64,000 bases of DNA from Spirochaetia bacterium. GTDB taxonomy: Bacteria; Spirochaetota; Spirochaetia; SZUA-6; Bin103. Within the stretch, counting starts at the first letter, position 1. Every line of letters begins with the position of its first letter. The stretch lies in contig CBDBDQ010000005.1 in assembly GCA_965203905.1 (NCBI GenBank), positions 896,001-960,000 on the forward strand. The letters are read 5' to 3'. A model generated the notes under the pieces. That model did no database searches and had not been told where the DNA came from. It worked only from the letters and a program-made list of their open reading frames with translations. Shown here piece after piece: positions 9,720-20,102 of this stretch. The position numbers were made by a program, and so were the translations under genes.

Positions 9720-10794
9720 CAGCCTGCCCAGGCCCCTTCAATCCTCGTGCGACCTGCTCTGGGGACTGGTGCAACAGCTCACAGGCTTTGCCTAAGGAGA
9801 TCAGACGCTCCGCCAGCGCCCAGTAGCAGAGCCGCTCAAACCGACGGGGCAGTTCATGACCACCTGCCGCGCCCAGCTCTTCAAGCGGTTCCGGTTCGCT
9901 GGACCGCCACTCCCGCGCAAAGGTCTGGAACGCGTACGCAAGCGTCGATGGATCGATCACCCCTACCTGCTTCAGACGCATCATCAGCGCTGCGGCACTC
10001 ACTCTGTACATCCATTTGAGTTGAATCAGTTCACGGTACCCGATCGCCTTGCGGCGGGTTCCAATCTCTCGCACGAGATGAGTGCGGGGCATCAGAAAGG
10101 CGCCTGCAAAGACATTCGCGGCACGTTCGTGGTGCACCGGCGAGTTCGCGTCAACCAAGTGGTGTGCCAGCTCGTGGGCAAGCGTCATACGCCGCCGTTC
10201 AAGCGTGACCTCCCGATTCACCACAATTACCGGCACCTTGCTACTCCGGAGCCGCCGGCGGACCAGGCAGGCTATTCCCGACACCCGCTGCGGCAAAGCG
10301 ATCACCAGTACCTTGACTCCGCGGTCTTCCAGTAGGGAAGTCATGTTCGGAATCGGGTCGACTCCGAGCCGCCATTCGTCGCGCATGTCATCTGCCACGA
10401 CCTCGCCGTCATCCACCTGTCCGAGGAAGCGACTCCCAAGTCGAGGCGTACGCCATGCGCCGTCATCCAGTCCCAGAATCTCCTCGATGGTCAGATACCG
10501 CTGCAAGCGATCTATCACTTCAGCTTCCACCCGTGCCCGGTCACGGGCCGACGTGCTCGAACGCTTGCGGAATGCCACCCCCTCCAGCTCCTCGACCTGT
10601 TCGCTCAGCAGGTATTGGAGGGAAACGCCCAGTACCCTTGTCAGCCGGTTCAGCACCCTGGAACTCGGCATCATCTCGCCGCGCTCGTATTTGCCGATGG
10701 CCTGAGCGGTGACTTCGCCGGCCAAGGCATCCGACAGGCCACGCAACGAGAAGCCGGCCTTCTTTCGGGCGAGTCTCAGGCGGTCTCCGAACAT
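9700..10794 (-). CDS. XRE HTH fused to ImmA/IrrE (DUF955) metallopeptidase
   Basis: N-term RLRLARKKAGFSLRGL...AIGKYERG HTH; RRMTLAHELAH HExxH; ERAANVFAGAFLMP. Confidence 0.92.
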   Translation of the reverse strand: MFGDRLRLARKKAGFSLRGLSDALAGEVTAQAIGKYERGEMMPSSRVLNRLTRVLGVSLQYLLSEQVEELEGVAFRKRSSTSARDRARVEAEVIDRLQRYLTIEEILGLDDGAWRTPRLGSRFLGQVDDGEVVADDMRDEWRLGVDPIPNMTSLLEDRGVKVLVIALPQRVSGIACLVRRRLRSSKVPVIVVNREVTLERRRMTLAHELAHHLVDANSPVHHERAANVFAGAFLMPRTHLVREIGTRRKAIGYRELIQLKWMYRVSAAALMMRLKQVGVIDPSTLAYAFQTFAREWRSSEPEPLEELGAAGGHELPRRFERLCYWALAERLISLGKACELLHQSPEQVARGLKGPGQAVAQHRE

Positions 10795-10824
10795 ATGCGC
10801 AACCTTACGTGGTACGCTTGATGC

Positions 10825-10862
10825 GGTTTACATTCTTGATGATCACATTGGAATCATAAACC
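10825..10862. promoter_or_regulatory. AT-rich inverted repeat (GGTTTA...TAAACC), putative XRE operator
   Basis: ggtttacattc...gaatcataaacc, 30 bp upstream of the XRE-ImmA start. Confidence 0.4.
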
Positions 10863-10934
10863 ATGCGGATCGAGGCTGCCAACATCCCGGGCAACGATCT
10901 CCCGGCAGGCCGTCTGCTCGGCACCGGGGCTCGC

Positions 10935-12548
10935 TCAGGGGCTGGCGATGGTGATGGTTTGGTTGGCGGGGAGGGCGCGCAGCAGGGTGACCTCGCCGTC
11001 AGCCCAGCGCACGCGGACTTCGTCGGCCAGGGGTGCGGTGCCGAGGCCGAAGTGGGCGGACAGCTCGGAGGAGCCCAGGTAGTTGGAGCCGCCGTCCAGG
11101 TAGCGGTACTGCACCAGATCGGCGGTGCTCACGGTGACCAGGCTGCCGTAGCCGTTGGGCGCGAGGTCGGGCGCGGCGCCGGTATCGAGGAAGATGCGCA
11201 GCCAGTTGCGGCCGGGGCCGGCGAGGTCGTTGCAGAACAGGCTCATGCCGCCCTCGTTGTTGAAGATCAGGATGTCCCGGTCGCCGTCGGCGTCGTGGTC
11301 GAGCGTCACCAGGCCGCGGCCCTGCAGGCGGTGGTCGAACCCGCTCTCGCGCGAGATCTCGGTGAAGGTCAGGTCACCGTTGTTGCGGTACACGTAGCTG
11401 CGCTCGTGCAGCCACTCGCGCTCGAAGTTGACGTTGGGCTCCCACCAGCCGTTGGTCTCCACGATGTCCAGGTAGCCGTCGTGGTCCAGGTCCACCGCCG
11501 CCGCGGCCCAGCCCCAGCCGCCGTCCTTGACCCCGGCCGCGGCGGAGCGCTCCTCGAAGCGGTGCCCGCCGCGGTTGACGTAGAGCATGTTGCCGGTGCC
11601 GGGTGTCACCGCATCCACCGCGTCGGTGTAGATCGAGGTGACGTACCAGTCGAGCAGGCCGTCGTTGTTGAAGTCGCCCACGGCGCTGCCCATGCCGTTG
11701 CCGTCGAGGCCGGTGCCGGAGGGCACGGTCCAGTCGCTGAAGGTGCCGTTGCCGTTGTTGCGGTAGTAGCGGCTGGTGCCGTAGTCGGCGGCCAGCAGCA
11801 GTTCCGGGTAGCCGTCGCCGTCCATGTCGGAGAAACGCGGGGAAAGGCCGCGGCTCATGCCTCCCACCACGCCGCTGGAGTCGGTGACGTTGCGGAAGCT
11901 ACCGTCCCCCTGGTTGCGGAACAGCGCCGCCGCCGAGGCGCCGTGGCTGAAGGCGGCGATGTACAGGTCCAGGTCGCCGTCCAGGTCGTAGTCGCCGAAG
12001 GTGGGGCCCAGTCCGTAAACGGTGCTCTCGTAGCCCAGGTCGATGCGCGCCAGCACGTTGACCCCGGCGCCGTCGGCCACCTCGCTGAAGGTGCCGTCGC
12101 CGTTGTTGCGGTACAGCAGGTGGTAGCCGGGCAGCGTGGTGCGCGACTCGTCATCGCCGGCACTGGCCACGAACAGGTCGACCCAGCCGTCGCCGTCGAA
12201 GTCGCCCACCGCCGAGCCGTAGCCGCGGTGCAGCCGCACCACCCCGGCCGCCGCCGCCCGCTCGCTGAAGGTGCCGTCGCCGTTGTTGTAGTACAACGCG
12301 TCGGGCGCCGTGCCGCCGGTTACGTAGAAAATGTCCTGCCAGCCGTCGTTGTCGAAGTCCGCCACCGAGCCGCCGGAGGTCATCGAGTGGACGATGGGCG
12401 GCGGCTGTTCGTGGTCGGGCGTGGCCCACAGGCCCGCGGCCGCGGTGCAGTCGCGGAAGCTCAGCTCGGCGGTGGCGGCCACCGGTGCCGCCAGCAGGGC
12501 GGCGGCCGCGAGCAGCAGGTGCGCCACGGACGGCAGGTCACGAGCCAC
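10935..12548 (-). CDS. CRTAC1-family secreted FG-GAP repeat protein with ASPIC/UnbV C-terminus
   Basis: Signal peptide; repeated DFDNDGWQD / DYDLDGDLD and LYRNNGDGTF; GGSNYLGSSELSAHFGLG, VRWADG. Confidence 0.9.
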   Translation of the reverse strand: MARDLPSVAHLLLAAAALLAAPVAATAELSFRDCTAAAGLWATPDHEQPPPIVHSMTSGGSVADFDNDGWQDIFYVTGGTAPDALYYNNGDGTFSERAAAAGVVRLHRGYGSAVGDFDGDGWVDLFVASAGDDESRTTLPGYHLLYRNNGDGTFSEVADGAGVNVLARIDLGYESTVYGLGPTFGDYDLDGDLDLYIAAFSHGASAAALFRNQGDGSFRNVTDSSGVVGGMSRGLSPRFSDMDGDGYPELLLAADYGTSRYYRNNGNGTFSDWTVPSGTGLDGNGMGSAVGDFNNDGLLDWYVTSIYTDAVDAVTPGTGNMLYVNRGGHRFEERSAAAGVKDGGWGWAAAAVDLDHDGYLDIVETNGWWEPNVNFEREWLHERSYVYRNNGDLTFTEISRESGFDHRLQGRGLVTLDHDADGDRDILIFNNEGGMSLFCNDLAGPGRNWLRIFLDTGAAPDLAPNGYGSLVTVSTADLVQYRYLDGGSNYLGSSELSAHFGLGTAPLADEVRVRWADGEVTLLRALPANQTITIASP

Positions 12549-12558
12549 GGATGGCGGC

Positions 12559-14268
12559 TCACCCCGTGCGCCCGCAGGCGTAGACGTCGATGGTGCCGTG
12601 CGGGTGCGGGGTGTAGGGCTGCTGGGTGATCTCGCCGCGCGGGTAGAGCAGGTAGGAGGCCTCGTTGGGCACCTCGGTGGGGACCACGTCGACCAGCACG
12701 CCGTGGCCGTCGAACACCTGGCAGTTGGGGTTGGGGGCGAAGCGCTGCAGGTCGGAGCAGCAGGTGACCTGCTGCAGCGCGTCGGGCAGCCAGTCGATTA
12801 CGTGCGGCCCGTGCATGCTCATGAAGCGGCGATCCCACAGGCGGCCGCCGCGGTGGTCCCGCACGTCGGTCCACTCGCCGTGGATGAAGTGGCGCGAATG
12901 GCGGTACTCGCGGTCCCCGAATACGAGCTGCAGACCCGGCAGGTCGTCGCGCAGGCGGGCGGCGATCACGTTCTGGCCGTGCCAGGTGGGGTCGATCCAC
13001 AGCCGCTCGCCGCTGCGCGCGTCCAGCACCAGGCGCGAGGAGTAGGCGATCTGCGCGCCGCCGTCGCCGGCCAGGTCGCCGCCGGCGGACATGTCCACGT
13101 GGTCGTCCTCCCACGGCGCGGCGAACGCCTCGAACGGCAGCTCCCACAGCACCCGGCCGTCATGGTCGAGCAGCTCGGTGCCGACCGCGACCTCCTGGCG
13201 CCCGTCGCCGTCGGCGTCGAACAGCGCCGGGTCGTGGCCGGCGCGGCCATTGTCGCAGGTGTACTGCCACAGCGGCCGCAGCTCGCAGTCGAACGCCGCC
13301 AGGGTGAGGCAGTTCTGCTCCCCCGCCTGCACCAGCAGGTCGCCGCGCCGCCCGTGGCCCTGGAAGTCGGCCGGGCGCACGTAGCCGCCGATCATGTGCA
13401 GCCCCTCCACGGTGCGGATCAGGTGGCCGCTGCGGAACAGCCGCTCGTGCAGGTCGGGTTCGTCGGGCGCCACCGGCTGCAGCGAGTTGATCACCGGGTA
13501 TTCCACCTCGCGCAGCACGCGACCGCTGGCGCCCTCCAGCTTGCACAGCCGGATGTTGCCGAGCGACCCGCGCACGCAGTACAGCTCGGCGCGGCCGTCG
13601 CCGTCGGCGTCCCACAGCAGCGCGTTGGAGCCGTAGCCGAGGGCGCCGTCGGGATCGTCGTAGCGCCACAGCAGCTCGCCGCTGCTGCGGTAGGCGGAGA
13701 GGTGCGCGGCGCCGGCGACGTTGAGGTATTCGCTCTCCCCGTCGCCGTCCACGTCCCCCACCAGGGCGAATCCGGCGAGGTAGCGGGCCATGCGCGGCTG
13801 CCGCTGCCAGTGGTCGGCCGCGAGCGGGATGCGGTGTTTCAGGTAGGGCAGCGCCCCCACCTCGAAGGCGAGCGCGTCGCCGCCCACCGCCGTCCCGCGG
13901 GCGTCGACCAGCTCCGCCTCGGCGCGGTAGCGGCCCGGCGCCAGGCGCTGCACGTCGAACACCTCGCCCACCTCGCGGTCCACCAGCACCCTGCTGTCGA
14001 ACAGCTCGGTGTGGGCCACGCACGGCCCCCGCGGATAGATCTGCTCGGGCAGCTCCAGCCGCGGCGCGTCGCGGCCCTCCTCGTAGATGCGCGCCCGCAC
14101 CGCGCGGTAGGGCCGCGGGGAATGGGGGAACACGACGTGGAAGGCGATCCCCCAGGGACAGGGCTCGCCGACCCGCGTCGGACGGGAAGTGGCGACCCCG
14201 ACGATGCGCAGGAACGGCTCCATCGGATGCGGCGGCAGGTGGGCGTACTCGGCAACGTCTCGGTTCAT
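12559..14268 (-). CDS. FG-GAP/beta-propeller protein, rhamnogalacturonan-lyase-like
   Basis: Start MNRDVAEY at 14268 (ATGA overlap, GGAGG RBS); DVDGDGESE, DADGDGRAE, GHDPALFDADGDGRQE, DDHVD. Confidence 0.6.
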   Translation of the reverse strand: MNRDVAEYAHLPPHPMEPFLRIVGVATSRPTRVGEPCPWGIAFHVVFPHSPRPYRAVRARIYEEGRDAPRLELPEQIYPRGPCVAHTELFDSRVLVDREVGEVFDVQRLAPGRYRAEAELVDARGTAVGGDALAFEVGALPYLKHRIPLAADHWQRQPRMARYLAGFALVGDVDGDGESEYLNVAGAAHLSAYRSSGELLWRYDDPDGALGYGSNALLWDADGDGRAELYCVRGSLGNIRLCKLEGASGRVLREVEYPVINSLQPVAPDEPDLHERLFRSGHLIRTVEGLHMIGGYVRPADFQGHGRRGDLLVQAGEQNCLTLAAFDCELRPLWQYTCDNGRAGHDPALFDADGDGRQEVAVGTELLDHDGRVLWELPFEAFAAPWEDDHVDMSAGGDLAGDGGAQIAYSSRLVLDARSGERLWIDPTWHGQNVIAARLRDDLPGLQLVFGDREYRHSRHFIHGEWTDVRDHRGGRLWDRRFMSMHGPHVIDWLPDALQQVTCCSDLQRFAPNPNCQVFDGHGVLVDVVPTEVPNEASYLLYPRGEITQQPYTPHPHGTIDVYACGRTG

Positions 14269-15914
14269 GACGCCTCCTTGCAGGAGAAGTCGGCGGGATA
14301 GAGCCGGCAGCCCTTCAGGTAGGGGCGCTGGTGGCGGGTTTCCTCGGCGGTGTAGTAGACGCAGAGGATCTCGCCATCGGCAAACTGCACCCAGGAGGAA
14401 CCGCCGAAGTCGGCGATCGGGTCCCAGTCCACCTCCACCATGGTGTCGCGCTGATACTGGTCCGGGTACTCCCCGCCGGCCGCGTCCCAGCTCCAGCTCA
14501 TGTCGGGCGTGGTGGCGTTGCGCACCTGGACGCTCACCGAACGCCAGATGCTCTCGCCGGCGAAGCCGCGGCGGGCGAAGTTGTCCCAGCGCCACACGCT
14601 GCCGGCCCACTCGTCGGGCATGTGCTGCGCGGCGCGGAAGGTGGTGCCGAAGGCGCTGCGGTCCTGGCCCCACTGGCCGAAGCGGCGGCCGCCGGTGCGG
14701 GTGAGCCGCTCGCTGCGGATGACCTGGTCGCCGTCGACGCTCACCGTGAGGCTGGTTGCGTCACGCACCACCCGGTAGCGGTGCCGGCGGCTGGCGTCTA
14801 GGCGCCGTACCGTGTCGGGCTGGCCGCCGATCTCGATGCGGTCGGGAAAGAACACCAGCTCGCCGGCATCGGTCACGTTGATGGCGCAGGTGTGCTTCCA
14901 GCCGGCACGCGCCTCGTTGCTCACGCAGCGCAGCTCCGCCTCGATGGTGACCACGCTGTCGTGGTGCTCCGGCGGCGGCAGGAAGTACGCGGGAGGCACC
15001 TCCTCGGGAGCCCCGGTGCAGCGGATCCTGAGCCCCTCGGCCGTCAGGGCGGCGCAGCCGTCGTTGCCCCAGCGCGAGGACACCCGGTAGGCGCCCGGCT
15101 CGCACGGGTCGCCGCACCAGGCGTACAGCGAGGAGTTGCCGCTCATCTGGCGGTAGGTGGCGAGCATGCGCCCGTCGTGCAGCAGGCCGCAGCGGTGCAT
15201 GCCGCCGTAGGTGCCGGACAGCACCGGCGCGGACCAGGTTCGGCCCCGGTCTTTGGAAAAAATCTTGGGCGAGGGGTGGCTGTAGCCGTTGGAGTTGCGG
15301 ATGTGGCACACCAGGGAGCCGTCGGGAAGCTGCACGGTGGCACCCTCGCCGGAGCCGCCGAGCACGTCGGTGTCCCAGATCACGCCGTCCTCCCGCCAGG
15401 TGGCACCGCCGTCCTCGCTCCGATACTGCACCAGGTGCAGCAGCGGCGGGCGAAAGCAGCGCTCGATGGAGCCGGGCTTCTCGCGTTCCACGGTGACCAG
15501 CAGGGTGCCGTCGTCCAGTTCCACCACCTGGTCTGGGCACTGGCCGTGGATCGGGGTCGGCTGCGGTTGCGACCAGGTGCGGCCGCGGTCGTCCGACCAG
15601 ATCAGAACGTTGTCGTTGCCGCGGTCGCCGATCACCACCAGGCGGCCGTCCCGTAGCGCGCTGATGCGCGGCAGGTTCCAGTTCGGGCGGCTCGGAGCGT
15701 CCAGGACGATGCGGTGCCGGTGCCAGGAGCGCCCGCGGTCCTCGCTCTCGATCAGCGCCACCCGCGACCAAGCCGGGGCGTGCGCGTCCGACTCGCGGTA
15801 CAGACACAGCACGGTGCCGTCGTCGAGCAGCACCAGGTCGGGAAACGCCTCGTAGAGCTCATCGTTGCGGGTCACGATAAGGTGGCGCTCGGCGACGCCG
15901 TCGAAGCTCTTCAA
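14265..15914 (-). CDS. Sialidase-family (BNR/Asp-box) protein
   Basis: Asp boxes SEDRGRSW, SDDRGRTW, SEDGGATW, SKDRGRTW; inserted beta-sandwich. Confidence 0.82.
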   Translation of the reverse strand: MKSFDGVAERHLIVTRNDELYEAFPDLVLLDDGTVLCLYRESDAHAPAWSRVALIESEDRGRSWHRHRIVLDAPSRPNWNLPRISALRDGRLVVIGDRGNDNVLIWSDDRGRTWSQPQPTPIHGQCPDQVVELDDGTLLVTVEREKPGSIERCFRPPLLHLVQYRSEDGGATWREDGVIWDTDVLGGSGEGATVQLPDGSLVCHIRNSNGYSHPSPKIFSKDRGRTWSAPVLSGTYGGMHRCGLLHDGRMLATYRQMSGNSSLYAWCGDPCEPGAYRVSSRWGNDGCAALTAEGLRIRCTGAPEEVPPAYFLPPPEHHDSVVTIEAELRCVSNEARAGWKHTCAINVTDAGELVFFPDRIEIGGQPDTVRRLDASRRHRYRVVRDATSLTVSVDGDQVIRSERLTRTGGRRFGQWGQDRSAFGTTFRAAQHMPDEWAGSVWRWDNFARRGFAGESIWRSVSVQVRNATTPDMSWSWDAAGGEYPDQYQRDTMVEVDWDPIADFGGSSWVQFADGEILCVYYTAEETRHQRPYLKGCRLYPADFSCKEAS

Positions 15915-17665
15915 GCGCCCGACCCGGCCGCCGCGCCCGTTCCGGGGTCCGCGCCACCGCCACCGCCACCGCCACCGCCGGGAAAATCGCCCGGGTGGAC
16001 GTAGGAGCCGCGGATGTACGGCTGCGGCTTGTAGGGGGGCGGAAAGGGCCGCGGCACGTCGCTCGCGGTCTGGTAGACGCAGAAGATGCGCCCGTCGGGC
16101 AACTCCACGCAGCCCGGTTCGCCCGAGTCGCCGCCGGGATCGCGCACCACCTCCAGCAGGTGATCGCGCTCGTACTGGTTGGGGTAGGTGCCCGAGGCGG
16201 CGTTCCAGCGGAAGCGGTAGTCGGGCAGCGTCGGGTTGCGCACCGTGAGCGACACCGAGTGCCAGTAGCTCTCACCCGGGTTGGCGCGCGGCGCGTAGGC
16301 ATTGCGCACCGAGTGCATACCGGGGATGTGGGAGGTGGCGCCGAAGCTGTTGATGTCGTGCCCCGCCGGGCCCCAGCGCGGCTTGATCAGGGGCTGGGTG
16401 CGCAGCAGGCGGTCGGTGGCGATGCACTCCACGCCGTCCACGCTCACGGTGAGCGTGCGGTCGGGCGTCCTGACGATGCGGTAGGTGTGCCACCTGGTCG
16501 CGTCCACGGCATGCGCGGCGATGGTCTCGACCTCCCCGGTGAAACCGCCGCGCTTGCCGCCGTAGTCGATCTCCTCCTGGACGAAGGCAATGTGGTCTGG
16601 AAAAAAGCGCAGCTCGCCGGCCTCCATCACGTTGATGCAGCACTGGTCGCCGCGGGGATTGGCCACCACCCGCACCCGCGCCTCGAACACGATCTCCGCC
16701 AGCTCGTTCTCCGCCGGATGCAGCAGGTAGTAGGGCGGTATCTCCGCTTCGTCGCCGTTGGTCTTGATGCGCAGCCCCTCGGGAGTGAGGGTGGCGCAGC
16801 CGTCGCGGCCGTCGTAGCAGGAGGCCTGGATGTCGGTGGTGTCGTGGCCGTCGCCGCGCCACATCGCCACGCCGCTGAACCCGCCCACGTGCTCGTACGC
16901 CAGCAGCAGGTCGCCGTCGGCCAGCAGGTAGGCGTTGGGCTGCGCCATGAACACGCCCGTCTCCTGCGGTTCGCTCCAGGTGTGTCCGTCGTCGTAGGAG
17001 TAGCACTTGAAGGAGGGATAGTGGATGAAGGAGTCCTCGCGCGTGTGGCACACCAGGGTGCCGTCGTTGAGCCGCACGATCGGCCCCTCGCTGTGGGAGT
17101 GCACCGAGCTCTCCGCCACCACCGCCCGGAACTGCCACTCGCGGCCGCCGTCGGTGGAGGCCCACACCACCACCCGGTGGCGCAGGCGCCAGGCGCGGCG
17201 CCGTGGCAGGATCCCCTCGACCAGCGGCAGCAGCAGGGTGCCGTCGGGGAGCTGCACCAGCCGCCGCGGCTGGAAGCCGGTCACCGGAATCGGCTGCGGC
17301 TCGCTCCAGGTCCGGCCCCCGTCCGTGCTGCGGAACAGGAAGGTGGTGCCGGTGTTGGCGAACCCCGAGGCGGTGATCAGCAGGGTGCCGTCGGGCAGCT
17401 TGTCGACCCGCGGCATCGCCCAGTGGCAGGTCGACTCGTCGGCCAGCACCCGGCGCTCGCCCCAGGTGCGGCCCAGGTCGGTGCTCTCGCGGAACACCAG
17501 CCTTGCCCAGTTGCCACTCGAGTGTCCCGCCGCCTCGCGCCAGACGCAGATCATGTGCCCGTCGTCGCTCACCGCGACGTCGGCGTACGCCTGGTACAGG
17601 TCGTCGTCGCGATCGATGGTTACGTGACGATCGGCCAGACCGTGAATGCTCCGCAATGCCCCCAT
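15911..17665 (-). CDS. Sialidase-family (BNR/Asp-box) protein, paralog of the downstream gene
   Basis: Asp boxes STDLGRTW, STDGGRTW, STDGGREW, SYDDGHTW; GGAGG RBS. Confidence 0.82.
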   Translation of the reverse strand: MGALRSIHGLADRHVTIDRDDDLYQAYADVAVSDDGHMICVWREAAGHSSGNWARLVFRESTDLGRTWGERRVLADESTCHWAMPRVDKLPDGTLLITASGFANTGTTFLFRSTDGGRTWSEPQPIPVTGFQPRRLVQLPDGTLLLPLVEGILPRRRAWRLRHRVVVWASTDGGREWQFRAVVAESSVHSHSEGPIVRLNDGTLVCHTREDSFIHYPSFKCYSYDDGHTWSEPQETGVFMAQPNAYLLADGDLLLAYEHVGGFSGVAMWRGDGHDTTDIQASCYDGRDGCATLTPEGLRIKTNGDEAEIPPYYLLHPAENELAEIVFEARVRVVANPRGDQCCINVMEAGELRFFPDHIAFVQEEIDYGGKRGGFTGEVETIAAHAVDATRWHTYRIVRTPDRTLTVSVDGVECIATDRLLRTQPLIKPRWGPAGHDINSFGATSHIPGMHSVRNAYAPRANPGESYWHSVSLTVRNPTLPDYRFRWNAASGTYPNQYERDHLLEVVRDPGGDSGEPGCVELPDGRIFCVYQTASDVPRPFPPPYKPQPYIRGSYVHPGDFPGGGGGGGGGADPGTGAAAGSGA

Positions 17666-17778
17666 GCTGCCACCTCCCGCCGCCAGCCGGCGCTTATGTC
17701 TCCGCCAACAGTATCACCAGTACCCGTTTCCCGCACGCGTGCCGGCAAGGTATAAACGCGAACCAGGAGCAACACTGC

Positions 17779-18744
17779 ATGGCAGCACGACCCAAGGTCC
17801 TGATTCTGGGCTCGCCGGTACCCGGTCACCGGCCGGAGCGCGAGATCCTCGAGCCGCTGGCGGAGATCGTGACCGCGCGGGTGGACGCCGGCGCCGACCT
17901 GGCCGCCGCGGTGCGCGACGTGGACGCGGCGATGATCGGCCTGCAGCCGTTCGATGCCCCCCTGATCGCCGGCATGCGCCGCTGCCGGGTGATCTCGCGC
18001 TACGGCATCGGCTACGACAACATCGACGTGGACGCCGCCACCGGCGCCGGGATCTGGGTCGCCCGGGTGCCGGACTACGGCTGGGAAGACGTGTCCGATC
18101 ACGCCATCGCCCTGCTGCTGGCCTGCGTGCGCGACCTGCGCAGCTACGACCGGCTGGCGCGCGCCGGCCGCCACGGCAGGCCACGGGCGCTGTTCCGGAT
18201 GCAGGGCCGGACCTGCGGCGTGATCGGCTGCGGCGGCATCGGCAGCGCCCTGGTGCGCAAGCTGGGCGGCTTCGGGCTGGCCCGCATCCTGGTGCACGAT
18301 CCCTACCTGCCGGAGGCGCAGATCGCCGCGGCCGGGGGCGTCGTCAGCGACCTTGAGACACTGCTGCGCGAGTCCGACTTCGTCTCCCTGCACACCCCGC
18401 TGAGCGACGACACGCGGCAGATGATCGGCGGCGCTCAGTTGCGGCTGATGAAACCCACCGCGATCCTGATCAACACCGCGCGCGGCGGCCTGGTCGACCA
18501 GGCTGCCCTGGCCGCCGCGCTGGCCGACGGCACCATCGCCGCCGCCGGCCTGGACGTGTTCGAGACCGAGCCGCTGCCCACCGACAGCCCCCTGGCGGCC
18601 CTGGACAACGTCATCCTCAGCAACCACATGGCGTGGTACACCGAGGAGTCGGCGGTGGAGCTGGCCACCAAGGCTGCGCGCAACGTGAGCGAGGTGCTGT
18701 GCGGCCGCCCGCCGGTGTACCCGGTCAACCGCATCGAGCCATGA
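17779..18744 (+). CDS. D-isomer-specific 2-hydroxyacid dehydrogenase (CtBP-like)
   Basis: RYGIGYDNID, GVIGCGGIG, INTARGG, GLDVFETEP, NHMAW; AGGAG RBS. Confidence 0.93.
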   Translation: MAARPKVLILGSPVPGHRPEREILEPLAEIVTARVDAGADLAAAVRDVDAAMIGLQPFDAPLIAGMRRCRVISRYGIGYDNIDVDAATGAGIWVARVPDYGWEDVSDHAIALLLACVRDLRSYDRLARAGRHGRPRALFRMQGRTCGVIGCGGIGSALVRKLGGFGLARILVHDPYLPEAQIAAAGGVVSDLETLLRESDFVSLHTPLSDDTRQMIGGAQLRLMKPTAILINTARGGLVDQAALAAALADGTIAAAGLDVFETEPLPTDSPLAALDNVILSNHMAWYTEESAVELATKAARNVSEVLCGRPPVYPVNRIEP

Positions 18745-19904
18745 CCGAGTACCAGGTTGCGCTCAGCCGGCTGGCCGGCGACGGGATTCGCGCCCGCACC
18801 GTCAGCGACATCAACGGGCTCACGATGCAGCTTCTGGAGGCCGGGCCGGCCACGGAGCAGCGTCCGCTGCTGCTGTTGCTGCACGGCTTCCCGGAGCTGG
18901 CGTATAGCTGGCGCCGGGTGATGCCGGCGCTGGCCGCGGCCGGCTACTACGTGGTGGCCCCCGACCAGCGCGGCTACGGCGCCACCAGCGGCTGGGACCC
19001 CGCCTACGCCGGCGACCTGGGCTCGTTCCGCATGCTCAACCTGGTGCGCGACATGCTGGGTCTGGTGGACGCGCTGGGCTACCGGCGCGTGACCGCGGTG
19101 ATCGGCCACGACGCCGGCGCCGGGGTGGCTGCCTGGTGCGCCCTGATCCGGCCCGACCTGTTCCGCTCGGTGGCGCTGATGAGCGCCCCGTTCGCCGGAC
19201 CGCCGCCGTTGCGCCGCGACCCGAGTGCCCGCCCGTCGATGGCGCGGTTCGACGAGGATCTCGCGGCGCTGGAGCCGCCGCGCAAGCACTACCAGTGGTA
19301 CTACTCGTCACGCCGCGCCAACGCCGACATGCTGCACTGCGAGCAGGGGCTGCACGCCTTCCTGCGCGCCTACTACCACTACAAGAGCGCCGACTGGCCG
19401 GGCAACCGGCCATACCGGCTGCAGGGCTGGACCGCCGCGGAGCTGGCCAAGCTGCCCACCTACTACGTGATGAACCGCGGCGACACGATGGCGCAGGCGG
19501 TGGCCCCTTACGCCCCATCGGCGGACACCGTGGCCGCGTGCCGCTGGCTTCCCGAAAAAGAGCTGGACGTATACCGCGCCGCCTACGCGGCCACCGGGTT
19601 CCAGGGCGGCCTGCAGTGGTACCGCTGCGGCACCGGCGGCGTGGGCCTCGCCGAGCTGCAGCTCTTCGCCGGCCGCACCATCGACGTACCCTCCTGCTTC
19701 ATCTCCGGCGCCCACGACTGGGGCGTGTTCCAGAGTCCCGGCACCTACGAGCGCATGCAGGAGACGGTGTGCAGCCGCATGCTCGGCTGCCACCTGGTCC
19801 CCGGCGCCGGCCACTGGGTACAGCAGGAGCAACCGCAACAGGTCACCGAGCTGCTGCTCGAGTTCCTGGAGCGAGTGCTATCAACTCAGTTTCCAGTCCC
19901 GTAG
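18741..19904 (+). CDS. Alpha/beta hydrolase, epoxide-hydrolase-like
   Basis: HGFPE, PDQRGYG, GHDAGA nucleophile Asp, GAGHWVQQE; ATGA overlap. Confidence 0.9.
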   Translation: MTEYQVALSRLAGDGIRARTVSDINGLTMQLLEAGPATEQRPLLLLLHGFPELAYSWRRVMPALAAAGYYVVAPDQRGYGATSGWDPAYAGDLGSFRMLNLVRDMLGLVDALGYRRVTAVIGHDAGAGVAAWCALIRPDLFRSVALMSAPFAGPPPLRRDPSARPSMARFDEDLAALEPPRKHYQWYYSSRRANADMLHCEQGLHAFLRAYYHYKSADWPGNRPYRLQGWTAAELAKLPTYYVMNRGDTMAQAVAPYAPSADTVAACRWLPEKELDVYRAAYAATGFQGGLQWYRCGTGGVGLAELQLFAGRTIDVPSCFISGAHDWGVFQSPGTYERMQETVCSRMLGCHLVPGAGHWVQQEQPQQVTELLLEFLERVLSTQFPVP

Positions 19905-20102
19905 GGTGAGATCTGAAAGGTCGACAGAGTCCGTGCCCGGCTTTGCCATGTCTCCGCTCCGTGTCCGTGGCAGTGAATGCCTATAATTGTTTATTCACAA
20001 GCAACATAACTCGCTCGCTCGGGCATGGTCCTGCGTAGAGTACAAGTAGTAAAGGTATTACGTGTTGCCCCAAGCGTGCGAAGCTACGTAGGCTTGCAGT
20101 AG

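Noticed and set aside
15951-15980. (ccaccg)n run encoding poly-Gly
   Set aside because: In-frame low-complexity C-terminal tail; length change would not shift the frame
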